Positions 40,705-50,295 of a stretch of 64,000 bases of DNA are shown piece after piece. Each line of letters starts with the position of its first letter. Within the stretch, counting starts at the first letter, position 1. This DNA comes from Desulfatiglandales bacterium. Lineage in GTDB: Bacteria > Desulfobacterota > DSM-4660 > Desulfatiglandales > Desulfatiglandaceae. The stretch covers positions 608,001-672,000 of the forward strand of contig OY759599.1 in NCBI GenBank assembly GCA_963662465.1, in the 5' to 3' direction. The notes under the pieces are model-generated. The model was given only the letters and a program-made list of their open reading frames with translations. It did not search any database and had not been told where the DNA came from. Both the position numbers and the translations under genes were made by a program.

Positions 40705-41176
40705 GGTTTTACTCCTGTCAGTGTTGGGTGGAATCAGGGCATCCGTCGGCGTGTCAGGAATTCATAAAGAGGCATAAATCAGAATCTGTACCTGTGATTA
40801 TTGTATACATTTAAATGCTTCCTCCATGCTTGCTTTTTCATCGAATACCATTGCTCAGGCTACCATTTTTATTCGAATGTTCAATAGATTTTAGGAATTT
40901 TGATTTATAGGGGGGGGCAGGCCATGCGAAACTGAATTATTGCCGCCTAATTTGCTTAAGAATCGATGTGTCAGTGAGAGTCGTGATCGATTAGGTTGTG
41001 GGCTTCGTTCTTTACTATCACGGTTGGCATAATTTATCCTCCCTTTCGTAGATGCTACTGACGCCCCTCACATGAAAGACAAGGTCACCAGCGTTTCCTC
41101 CGGCCCCCGCCAAGGACCTCCGAAGTATCAGGCGGTCTGGTGCAGCGTTTGGTTCGCTATCCTGCCGTTGTGAAAG

Positions 41177-41392
41177 CTATGCAAACGCCAGCCTACGACC
41201 TTTGGGTTCAGGGATTTGGTCACCACACTCTTCGACTGTTGTGATCCAAAGTTCCATTGCTTCTTTTATGTTCGCTAATGCAGATTCATAGGTGTTACCA
41301 TGACCCATGCAACCTGGAAGCTCAGGAACATCAGCGATGAAAGCCTGATCTTCATCGCTCCAAAATATTGTAATTTGATATTTACTCATCAT
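41177..41392 (-). CDS. hicB: HicB-family antitoxin
   Basis: WSDEDQAFIADVPELPGCMGHG…IPEP. Confidence 0.9.
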   Translation of the reverse strand: MMSKYQITIFWSDEDQAFIADVPELPGCMGHGNTYESALANIKEAMELWITTVEECGDQIPEPKGRRLAFA

Positions 41393-41642
41393 CTTTTAGC
41401 CCCAATTGGTATTTCAAGATTAAACTCCGCACCTGTTTAACCTGATATGGTTTTGCCTTATTTCCTTCCTTTTGAAGATTCGGTCTTTCTTCAATTCCTT
41501 TTTTCCAAAAAATATGATGACTCCGTTTGATACGCATTTCAAATTCAAATTCTTGTAGAAGGTGAACTAAATCCGAAAAAGCTATATTGGCATCACTCAT
41601 ACCTCTTAAAATTTGGAAAATCAGTTTATCATACTTGCCCAT
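41382..41642 (-). CDS. hicA: HicA-family toxin
   Basis: RSHHIF…NLQ…KAKPYQVKQV; overlaps hicB. Confidence 0.88.
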   Translation of the reverse strand: MGKYDKLIFQILRGMSDANIAFSDLVHLLQEFEFEMRIKRSHHIFWKKGIEERPNLQKEGNKAKPYQVKQVRSLILKYQLGLKDDE

Positions 41643-41815
41643 TTTAAAATTCCTAACTCAAAATGATGTACGTGTATGGAAACCAGCCACGGGCTTCAGG
41701 AAATCGCCTATTCAAGTGAACCAGTGTCCTATTCTTTTTGCTGCACGAAAATAATGCTTTTTCGTGGGACCTTCTCATACTCATAAATAGGGGGAAAGGT
41801 CGACCATGGCAATTC

Positions 41816-41981
41816 CTAATGCAGCAGTAGCTGAAAGGTCGATAACGTCGCATTCTGGGAAACCCGGTAGGGCGGAACCTGTTTTATCCGTGCCTGCTCT
41901 GACTAGCCGAATCGCCGTATACGGACCCGTATGTACGGTGGTGTGGGAGGGGGGAGCTGTGAGGCTCCTCCCTATCCCTAT
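41816..41981 (+). mobile_element. 5'-truncated copy of the group IIC intron (end of DIV, DV, DVI)
   Basis: 166 nt nearly identical to 36224-36389, ending at the same CCCTAT boundary. Confidence 0.9.
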
Positions 41982-42211
41982 ATGTAAGTATTCTCTAAAA
42001 TAGGTTTAATGTTTTTAGCCTTCTTGTTGTCTTTCGGACACACCGGGAAGCAGTTGCCGATGCTACCCGCTCATGTGAAATTAAACAAATAGAACCAAAG
42101 AAGAAAAATGGAGCGGTTGCCTAAAATTATAAGGTGGATGTGGTGATTACCATAAAATCTCTGTGCCCGATCCAGAATACCGGCCAGATTTTTCCAAATA
42201 TATTTGGGCGA

Positions 42212-42841
42212 TCAGGCTAAATATGATTTCATTTCAACCATTTGGGTGTCTCCGTTCAGATATTCCATTATAAAATCAGGTGGCGGGGATCCCACGCCGA
42301 AAAGAGCCACCGCAGCCTTGGGATTATTTTCATACAATTTTGTAAATTCCATATGCTTCTCAGCCGCTTTGTAAAGTGAATAGGAAGAAGATGACTTGGT
42401 ATAGTGCTGTTGGAAATCCGGACGATCGTTCAATGCTTGTTCAAGCTCATTTCGATTGCTTTCCGGGAGGTCTGCGCTGACCCTGACTTTACCTTCGGCA
42501 TCCGTACTGATACTTATTTTTGTATTGGACGGGATTCCCAGCTCTTTAAGTGTTTCATCTAAGACCTGATCCGCCTTTTCCCGGTATTTTTCTCCGAAGG
42601 CAAGAATTTCCTCCACTGTAATCACCCCGTCTTTACCGGCACCATCCATGAACCCGTCAGTTATCTGGGAAAGGCTCAGGTTCCCGGTTGTTACATTGTT
42701 CAGTTTATCTTCAGGAGAAATTGTTATCTTGTCAGATCCCGGACGGGGAAGAGAAAATTTTGCCGGAGAAAGAGAACTTTTTGCCTGAGTGGCCTGACGA
42801 GAATAAATCGGTGAGTTTGATCCGAATGGATTGATATTCAT
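42212..42841 (-). CDS. Hypothetical protein
   Basis: 209-aa ORF with RBS AAGGA; preceded by a sigma-54-like AGGCAT-N5-TTGCT at 42895-42910. Confidence 0.7.
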   Translation of the reverse strand: MNINPFGSNSPIYSRQATQAKSSLSPAKFSLPRPGSDKITISPEDKLNNVTTGNLSLSQITDGFMDGAGKDGVITVEEILAFGEKYREKADQVLDETLKELGIPSNTKISISTDAEGKVRVSADLPESNRNELEQALNDRPDFQQHYTKSSSSYSLYKAAEKHMEFTKLYENNPKAAVALFGVGSPPPDFIMEYLNGDTQMVEMKSYLA

Positions 42842-43110
42842 GACATTTCCTTTTGTTTGATGTTAGAGAGTTGGCATTCCTGTCAATATGGTAAAGCAAA
42901 ATATATGCCTAATTTTGATATTAGCCATCGCGAAGGCTTCTCCGCATATTATAACGATTTCAGAAAGATCGAAAAAAGTAGGCAGGAAATCCAAATGATT
43001 AAAGCCATCGAAAAAGCTATTGCTGACTCAAAATTCATGTGACGATCCTTTAAGCTTTTTGATCAGGACCGGCATCGGCGCGGTTTCGTTTTTCTCTATG
43101 ATTATGGGTG

Positions 43111-43386
43111 CTACGCAACTTCTATGCGCAGGCTTTTACCAAGGGCTTGAGCAAATTTTTCCAATGTTGAAAGCTTGATATCTTCAGCATGATTTTCAAT
43201 ACGTGAGATGGCAGTTTTTTTCGTATTGAGTTTTTTTGCAAGTTGTTCTTGCGTCAAACCGGCGTCTTCCCTCGCAATTTTGAGCATTACACCAATTTTA
43301 AATTCTCCATAACCGGATTCGTAATCTTTGGCGAATGCTGGATCACTGGATTTGCGTTTGGCAACATATGATTTTAGTGTTTTCAT
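43111..43386 (-). CDS. XRE-HTH antitoxin (HigA-like)
   Basis: AREDAGLTQEQLAKKLNTKKTAISRIEN. Confidence 0.9.
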   Translation of the reverse strand: MKTLKSYVAKRKSSDPAFAKDYESGYGEFKIGVMLKIAREDAGLTQEQLAKKLNTKKTAISRIENHAEDIKLSTLEKFAQALGKSLRIEVA

Positions 43387-43387
43387 G

Positions 43388-43738
43388 CTATTTCCTCCTC
43401 TCAAAATAATCCTTCTTTCTGGCTTCTGCGATCTTGATAGCTTGTGGAGGAGTTTTCTGAGTTTTCTTTTGGAATGCGTGATTGAGGACTATGAGATTGG
43501 GGCCGTCGAAGAAGCCGAGTAAGCGGAATGTGTTGTTTCCCACAACTACTCTTACCTCCCAAATGCCATCGGTATTGACAAGCTTTTTCAAATAGCTCGA
43601 TGGTATGGTCGGCAATTCTTCTATTAACCGCAAGACCCATGTCGTTTTCTGTGCTTGCTTCGGAGACAGCGATTCTAAAAACTCCTCGACAGGACAATTG
43701 CCTGATGCCGTTTCATAAAATATTATCTCTCGTGTCAT
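43388..43738 (-). CDS. RelE/Gp49-family toxin (HigB-like)
   Basis: FYETASGNCPVEEFL…IWEVRV…HAFQKKTQKTP. Confidence 0.9.
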   Translation of the reverse strand: MTREIIFYETASGNCPVEEFLESLSPKQAQKTTWVLRLIEELPTIPSSYLKKLVNTDGIWEVRVVVGNNTFRLLGFFDGPNLIVLNHAFQKKTQKTPPQAIKIAEARKKDYFERRK

Positions 43739-43806
43739 ATGTGGATACATGTTAACGTGTGCGTTAACTTTGTCAAGGAGAATTGCATGTCGGGTTTTTT
43801 GAAGTG

Positions 43807-43860
43807 AATCGCGGTGTCCGGTCAAGCTCCGCGATTTCCGGCGGCGAAGCCGCCGGGAAC
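43807..43860. repeat. 54-bp double-hairpin element, copy 2
   Basis: 2 mismatches to 38331-38384. Confidence 0.85.
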
Positions 43861-44033
43861 GGCTGGGGTAACCAGCCAGTCCCGTGCTAATCTGCGCAAC
43901 ATAACGTTCGTCAGATTATAAGTTACTCAAAGGCTTTCGGTTCTTTCCCTTCAATTGAGCACTCTTCTATACTTCTCTTTACGAGTTTCGAGTGACATAT
44001 AAACTTATAATCTGAAGTACGTCCCCCAACTCA

Positions 44034-44161
44034 CGAAGGCAAGAATTTCCTCCACTGTAATCACCCCGTCTTTAGCGGCACCATCCATGAACCCGTCAGT
44101 TATCTGGGAAAGGCTCAGGTTCCCGGTTGTTACATTGTTCAGTTTATCTTTAGGAGAAATT
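44034..44161. repeat. 128-bp duplicate of 42595-42722 (internal part of the 42212-42841 gene)
   Basis: Direct repeat with 2 substitutions. Confidence 0.9.
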
Positions 44162-44239
44162 TAGTATTGTCTCCGGAATTCCCCCAGCCGGCGGCTTGCA
44201 AGGCAGGATCGATATGTTCAGCGCGGGTTTCGGCTTCGT

Positions 44240-44683
44240 TCATGTGTCTGTTCCGGCAATTGCGGTATAAATTTTCAGCAACAACGATTCATCGTCTTCT
44301 GTGCCACAAAGAACGGCCTTTATCCATTCACCGAGTAATTCTTTTGATATATTTCCAGCGGCAACGTGGTAGCTGATGTTTTCCGATTTGTGGATAAATG
44401 ATTGGACGCTTCGCAAATAACCGTTTAGCAAGAGCATCTGGGCGCAAAGGGTGATGGCGATGCGCTTATTGCCGTCCTCAAAGCAGTGGAACTTGCAGGC
44501 ACAGAAAAACAAATGGGTGAGTTTGGTATCAAATGTTGGATAATAGTCGTCATTTTGGATATTCTGGAGCACGGAATCTAGTTTGCCGAGTTCAAGATGG
44601 CCGAATGCACCGCCGCCACTGATATCTACGGTCTTTCGATGGATCTCTATCGCCTGCTCCAAGGTTAGATACGCCCAGGCCAT
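44240..44683 (-). CDS. Fic/Doc-family (death-on-curing) toxin
   Basis: HCFEDGNKR Fic motif. Confidence 0.9.
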   Translation of the reverse strand: MAWAYLTLEQAIEIHRKTVDISGGGAFGHLELGKLDSVLQNIQNDDYYPTFDTKLTHLFFCACKFHCFEDGNKRIAITLCAQMLLLNGYLRSVQSFIHKSENISYHVAAGNISKELLGEWIKAVLCGTEDDESLLLKIYTAIAGTDT

Positions 44684-44685
44684 TA

Positions 44686-45708
44686 TTAACGTTCCTTCAG
44701 ACGTTTCATCACATCCTTGGCTTCCTCCAGACGATCAGCCAATTCCTTGCTCTTTTCTCCGAGGAAGCGCTCAAATTCATCCCGCTGCAAAGGGGTGACA
44801 TATTCCTGCAGCTGGAGGTGCAAGGCATCCCGGAAAGCCAGATCACGGCTGGCCATTTTGTTGCGGGCCTTTTCTACCAGCGGTTTCCAGTGCGCCTGCT
44901 TTTCAAAGTTTGAAAACAACGCGTCCACCTCCCAGGACGTCAGTTTGCGTCCCTTTTCCATGCAAACGCTTGACAGTACATCGGCAAAGCCACACTCATA
45001 GGCTGCAATCAGGTCGAGCACTTCCGAATAAAAGGTGTTGCGGATATTAGCGCGGTTTTCCAAACGCAGCACCCGCCGATATTCCTTCGCTTTCTCGCGG
45101 AAAATGCTGACATAGATTTTATCCGTGTAGATTGCGTATTTGAAATTGCCCATGTCCACGCAATTTTTCATCGCATCGGTGAACTGTTTACGGAAATTTT
45201 CCTCGATAAAGGCCGACTGGATGAAATCTTCGTCGCGCTGGTTGATGTATTTGGTGCCGCCGCCTGTACGCTGGTTGATAGTGTCGATAACGATGTCTAA
45301 AATTGCCTTGCGCAACAAGGCGGCCCGCTCGGATTCTCGCATTAGCATCGCGAGGTTTAGAAACGCTCGGAAGTCAAATACCCCCAATTGAGGAGCTTTC
45401 GAGATGTTCCCGAAATCTGTTTCGGGAACATCCAATCCCTGAATCGCTAATTTCAAAGCTTTCAATCGTTTACCTTTCAACACCTCATACCCGTTCCGGA
45501 CCAATTCATCTGCGTTTTGTTCCAGATAGTTTTCCACAGTGCGCAGCGTTACCTCGAAAAACGACGCCACCTGTTCCTTGAGCACCACCGTCTTGCTCTC
45601 GAACGGAATGCCTTGGATGCCTGCCGCCTTCTCAATTTCTGCAAGAGCATATGGGTTATTGAGAATGTTTTGGCGATCCACCTCCGAATTTGTAAGGTCT
45701 TTGCTCAT
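44686..45708 (-). CDS. Putative DNA-binding partner of the Doc toxin
   Basis: 340-aa ORF ending 2 nt before the doc start; QVASFFEV..RTVENYL HTH-like N-terminal segment. Confidence 0.75.
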   Translation of the reverse strand: MSKDLTNSEVDRQNILNNPYALAEIEKAAGIQGIPFESKTVVLKEQVASFFEVTLRTVENYLEQNADELVRNGYEVLKGKRLKALKLAIQGLDVPETDFGNISKAPQLGVFDFRAFLNLAMLMRESERAALLRKAILDIVIDTINQRTGGGTKYINQRDEDFIQSAFIEENFRKQFTDAMKNCVDMGNFKYAIYTDKIYVSIFREKAKEYRRVLRLENRANIRNTFYSEVLDLIAAYECGFADVLSSVCMEKGRKLTSWEVDALFSNFEKQAHWKPLVEKARNKMASRDLAFRDALHLQLQEYVTPLQRDEFERFLGEKSKELADRLEEAKDVMKRLKER

Positions 45709-45887
45709 GAGTGTGTTCCCATCTATAGTTGTCCGCTGGGGGAATTCCGTGAAATGGAGGGGGCTTTTCTACTTTTTTCTTCCCCTGCCGTTTCTTCTCG
45801 TGTTGTTCGATTTCCATGAACCTGATGAAAAAGAAACTTTTCCCGCATCCCACGTTATCTGTCTTTGTCCACGATATCCGAAGTGCG

Positions 45888-45949
45888 TGCCAACGTTGCT
45901 TTTCAGCGGGCGCGGCCTTTTGCGCTCCGCTGCAAAAGCCTTGTTGGGC
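45888..45949 (-). other. attC site (62 bp)
   Basis: GCCCAAC-AAGGC-TTTTGCAG…CTGAAAA-GCAAC-GTTGGCA. Confidence 0.92.
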
Positions 45950-45970
45950 GCTGATTCATGAAGCATCAGT

Positions 45971-46819
45971 TCATTTCTTTGTTCTCGTAAAGTATGAGCC
46001 ATCTGCCCAGTCTTTCCATTTATCGACTATTGGACCAAAGATTACGAGGTTATGATAGTGACGTCCAGCATTACCGTGAACCCCAGGGATGTATAAACCG
46101 TCCCATCCATTCTTTCTGAAATAGGAGGATAGTATTTGGCTTACGTGATACCTGGATCTACTACGAGCTTGCAACTCTTCCTCGAAGCGATAACCTGAAG
46201 AGGTCCTTCCAGATTCTGCCATGTCAAAAGCCAATGCGAGGCTATTATGGATGTTCTTATTGGAAGGAGACAAATCAGCTATTTTCAGAGTATCTATTGG
46301 CATATTGAATTTCTGGACCAGGATCGATGAAGAATTTAGTTCGTTATATAGGAAATCTATTGTGTCGATTAAGTAGATGCACTTTTCCCCGACGGTGTTA
46401 TATCGTCCATCGCTCGGCTTGGGAGAGGGGCCAATTTGATTAGACCATAAATGCTTTAGTACTGAAATATCTACAGTCCTGTAGAATGCCGTGGTTGTTA
46501 AATATAAGCGGTTATTAAAATTATTTACCAAAGCCTCAATATAGAGTCCAAAATCTTTTCCGTCATGCTCAACATAGTCGACAATCAGCTTTTGGATCTT
46601 GACGGTATCTGTCTCATTTCGGCTATCAGCGTGAATGGTAGATCTGTTAGTCTTTCCGCTTGTAGATTGAATAACAAAGTCATCTCTCATTTCCAGTGTG
46701 TCCTTTACGACTACATGGATTGATCTTCCCGTCCTTCCACAGTTTGGACAAGGTTGATTATCTTCTGGGTCAAGAAGGGTGTCGCAATGACGACATTTTG
46801 TATAATCATCAGAACTCAT
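45971..46819 (-). CDS. Cassette gene: zinc-ribbon + RES-domain protein
   Basis: CRHC…CPNC; FYR…DGRYN…IYL…DGLYIPG…NLVIF. Confidence 0.75.
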   Translation of the reverse strand: MSSDDYTKCRHCDTLLDPEDNQPCPNCGRTGRSIHVVVKDTLEMRDDFVIQSTSGKTNRSTIHADSRNETDTVKIQKLIVDYVEHDGKDFGLYIEALVNNFNNRLYLTTTAFYRTVDISVLKHLWSNQIGPSPKPSDGRYNTVGEKCIYLIDTIDFLYNELNSSSILVQKFNMPIDTLKIADLSPSNKNIHNSLALAFDMAESGRTSSGYRFEEELQARSRSRYHVSQILSSYFRKNGWDGLYIPGVHGNAGRHYHNLVIFGPIVDKWKDWADGSYFTRTKK

Positions 46820-46846
46820 GTTCACTGGCCTTTCAATACTGCTTCT

Positions 46847-46908
46847 GCCCAACGCCGCTTTTCAGCGGGCGCGGCTTTTTGCGATCCGCTGCAAAAGCAT
46901 GGTTAGGT
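46847..46908 (-). other. attC site (62 bp)
   Basis: ACCTAAC-CATGC-TTTTGCAG…CTGAAAA-GCGGC-GTTGGGC. Confidence 0.93.
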
Positions 46909-46924
46909 CTTCGGCACAACATGA

Positions 46925-47602
46925 TCAGTCACCCCGTAGGCGAAGGAACCTGCTCAACTTGCTTGGCTCGATATCTGTCCTGCACTCCAACTCACGTATT
47001 ATCGCAAGCACAGAATTGACGGCCCAGGTTGCGCAGTCTGCGCTCATACACTTCATGCTCACGAAGTCTGCACCGTCATCTACAAAGCGGCTCGTAGTAA
47101 AACGGCCGTCTAAAATATCCACTAAGGCGACAGTCCTTTCGCGCTGTGGATCCCACGTGGGCTTGTAATGAACTAATGCGTTTCTCAGCTCTATCAGCGC
47201 CCATGCATCTCGGTAAGGTGCATTATCCTTATCCAGAGGCTCTGCGCCCAACATTTCCAACGCTATTTGATACTTTTTAAGGATCGGCTTCCACTCGATG
47301 CCTCCTTTACCCCAGAACTCTTTGTCGAAGTCCTTCAGCTGAGCCCGTAGCGGGCTATGATGCGCTATGAATAACTCGTTTATCAAAGCCTCTAATGATG
47401 CAGCGGAAGACATAAGACAGGCACTAGCATATGATCTGATATCCTCGAAAAATGGCCCGAACTCTGCACAATCGTGCTTAGCTTCCAGCCGCGCCACTTC
47501 GCTCTCGAAGGTTGTTGCCGCTTTCAGGTGCTGCAACGCGAAATTTGCTATGACCTGCTCTGTTGCTTCTACTTTCAAGAAGACACCCTCTTCCACATCC
47601 AT
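46925..47602 (-). CDS. Cassette gene: putative HEPN-domain protein
   Basis: Helical protein with LEALINE and an RxxxxH motif (LRNALVH). Confidence 0.65.
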   Translation of the reverse strand: MDVEEGVFLKVEATEQVIANFALQHLKAATTFESEVARLEAKHDCAEFGPFFEDIRSYASACLMSSAASLEALINELFIAHHSPLRAQLKDFDKEFWGKGGIEWKPILKKYQIALEMLGAEPLDKDNAPYRDAWALIELRNALVHYKPTWDPQRERTVALVDILDGRFTTSRFVDDGADFVSMKCMSADCATWAVNSVLAIIRELECRTDIEPSKLSRFLRLRGD

Positions 47603-47621
47603 TACCCGCTTCCCTCCTCAG

Positions 47622-47715
47622 ACCTAACGCTGCAAATCACCGGCAGCCAAAAGCTGCAGAGCGAGGTACGAGCGGCGCAGCTTTTGGCTGTCCGAGTGCA
47701 TTTGCCTTGTCATGT
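47622..47715 (-). other. attC site (94 bp)
   Basis: ACATGAC…AAATGCAC-TCGGACAGCCAAAAGCTGC…GCAGCTTTTGGCTGCCG-GTGATTT-GCAGC-GTTAGGT. Confidence 0.9.
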
Positions 47716-47718
47716 GCT

Positions 47719-48273
47719 TTATTCAACTACCAGCACCAGCTCATTTGGTTTTGGATAACTCACTGGAATATGCTCAATATTGAACGGGTAGTTTTTGTTC
47801 TTTACGTCACTTACCAAGCATTCCATCAAATCATTTTCAATGCAATAAACAATAACCAATTTCAAGTAACGCCTTAGAATCATCAGTGGTGGGAATGTAT
47901 TTTTGTAATCCATCCATTCCATCATATCTTTCTTCCCTTTGGAACTATTGCAAGACCGACACGCATAAATCAAATTGTCCCCTGCATCCTTACCACCCAA
48001 TTTTTTAGCAAAAATATGGTCAAGTGCTAAATTCTCAATTGAGCCACAATAACTACATTTGCTGCCTGACAATAATTTTATCTTTTCATCATCGAATAGT
48101 GTTCGGATGTTCATTGTCCCTTCGATGAGACCTTTGAATAATTTTGCCCGAATCATGTAATTAAAAGGAGCATACTTCTCTTGTTTTCTATCTACTGCCG
48201 TATGAGCCATGGCAAGATTAGCATACGACCAAAACAAGGTTTCTTTCACGGTGTTTAGTTCTTTCTTTGCCAC
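47719..48273 (-). CDS. Cassette gene: HNH endonuclease
   Basis: CSYCG…LDHI…GGKD..DNLIYACRSCNSSKG. Confidence 0.9.
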   Translation of the reverse strand: MAKKELNTVKETLFWSYANLAMAHTAVDRKQEKYAPFNYMIRAKLFKGLIEGTMNIRTLFDDEKIKLLSGSKCSYCGSIENLALDHIFAKKLGGKDAGDNLIYACRSCNSSKGKKDMMEWMDYKNTFPPLMILRRYLKLVIVYCIENDLMECLVSDVKNKNYPFNIEHIPVSYPKPNELVLVVE

Positions 48274-48292
48274 TACGCTTCCTTTTGTACAT

Positions 48293-48344
48293 AACCAGTG
48301 ATTGTGCGGTTTTTTTTATCATCAAGCATCCAAATTTACATGTT
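48293..48344. repeat. 52-bp att-like element, copy 2, heading the cassette array
   Basis: On the minus strand it ends …CACTG-GTTATGT, complementary (1 mismatch) to the ACATGAC of the first attC. Confidence 0.8.
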
Positions 48345-48844
48345 GTCCGACAAAACTATATTGATTTCCAATTAACCTTGGTCCCTAAACTATTCACGAA
48401 AAACATGCAAGGATTTTGTTCTTAGTTTTATATTCTTTTGGGGGAAATGTGGAGCTGGGGTTGGGCCACGATAACTGTTTGGAACCATTGTATAACGGAA
48501 GTAAAAACACCCATGTTTGATTAGCCCTATATCGAACTTTTCAGGGGAAGAAAGGGTTTTATTCCAATTTTGTAAAGGAAACAGATTTTCGTGTGATTGT
48601 TTGTGAATATCAGGTGGTATCCACGGGAAGGGTTTCATCGGATGATGAGGCGTGTTCTGCGCTAAGCTTATGCCGGTTTATCCCGGTACTTTCTGCTTGT
48701 CCCATGGGTAAAAGAGAATATTGGGTACAGTCTTGAGATAGCAAAACGCTCCGATGACGTGAGGGATTCAAGAATCCAAACCCGAACTTCCTACAAGATC
48801 ATCGACACCGATGGCGGCAGTTTCAGCTTTACTCTCATGCGCTG

Positions 48845-50295
48845 GGGTGTAAATCACGGCTGTTGGAGAGTTAGGCTGCCAACAACTTCTGATTCCTTTG
48901 AGTCCAGAAGTCATCCCACCAATCATCTGCTCTCAACACTCGCAATGCAAGCATAGGATCAATTGAAGAAGGGTGCCAAGTCGCACCGGGGATTTTCAAT
49001 CGTTTTTGCGGTATTGATTTATGAGCGCTTTCTATTTCCCCAGAGCCAATTGGATAGCCCTTCTCTCTATACTCATTGTAATTTACTGAGTCGCAAAATC
49101 TCTTTACATAGCCGATTAGCCTCTTCAATCTATCGTTCGGATTTTTATCATATCTTTGTTTAAGTTCTTCCAGGATTTCCATAACTTTTCCATCTGAAAT
49201 GCTTGCAATCTGACTTTTTACCCATCTTGGCCGTTCTTTCACAGGTATTCCCATTTTTTCTGCTGTCTCATAGACGTGGTCTTTCAAATGCGATTTGTCT
49301 AAAACAAATTGCATTTCTGGAAATTGCCTTTTCATTTCTTCGCTCAGGCCGATACCCCCATCGGCAACCCCTACCGTCTCTGTTTTTGGCGTCATGCCTA
49401 TCCATTCCGCGGCATTATGGAGGTCTCCTACGATTTCCTCGTATGAATCCATTTTACCAACAAAAATTTTTAAATCTGAATCAAGCGGCCTTACAAAACC
49501 CAAACGAACATCACGCCAATTGATAACTTTTTCTTTTTTTGGGTTATTGTAAACAGGGGTTGTTTCCTTAGTGTTTTCTTTTAGTTGGAGTTGTGCAGTT
49601 CGAATTTCGCATCCATCCAACTCAACCAACATTTTATCTATGGGTTTTCCGTCCTTAGGATGAGGGTTGGCAATTTTTTCCTCAATATAATCAATTGCTT
49701 CATGGGCAATTGCCTTTGTTGAGCGTAATACGGCACTTGGAGCGATATTGAAATGGTAGTGTTCATTGAATCGTTTCGCAGCAGCTGCAAAGGAAAACTC
49801 AATACCAAAATCACTTAAAGCACGTTTCACGGTTTCACTACGTCCTTGGTGAGTGATGTTCATTTCATCAACCAAAGGCTTGAAACCGCTACCACCCACC
49901 CATAAATAAGGGGACCTTATTTCTATTTTTCCAAAAATGGTGTTGAATTCTATGGTAGGATTTCTGTGAATTGTCAAATTTTCGGGTTTTTTTTAGCGAC
50001 TATTTCATCGCGAGTAACCTCCAAAATATTTTTGGTCGCTTTAAGACCGATGTTCTGGACCAAGTCTTGAACGTCCTGATCTATCATCGTTGCCCTTGCG
50101 GCTAATCCTTTTTCTTCGGAGCAAAATTTATCAGCCAATTTCTTGCTGACTTCTTCGATGATCTCCTTATAGCAGTCTTTTTCCATCGTAATCTCCTTAA
50201 GTTAGAGTTGTATATTTTGCTCTAACATAAAGAGAAAAAAATGTCCCCTACTTTCTCAAAATGCCTATTCTTTCCAACAGCCGTGATTTACACCC
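48845..50295 (-). mobile_element. Complete IS, ISKra4-like/UPF0236 transposase in two frames
   Basis: Terminal IR GGGTGTAAATCACGGCTGTTGGA; 9-bp target duplication CATGCGCTG (48836-48844, 50296-50304); ORFs 49974-50186 and 48871-49977 overlap near an A8 run; DG…DG…IGSGEIESAHK. Confidence 0.9.

Noticed and set aside
41080..41160. attC after hicB
   Set aside because: The left half (AGCGAAC-CAAAC-GCTGCAC) is plausible but there is no matching L'/R' with GTT; at most a remnant.
42595..44161. 128-bp repeat pair as a diversity-generating retroelement TR/VR
   Set aside because: Only two differences, neither at template adenines; not at the gene's 3' end; no RT in the window.
48345..48840. Integron integrase next to the first cassette
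   Set aside because: No tyrosine-recombinase motifs recognised in any ORF here or elsewhere in the window.
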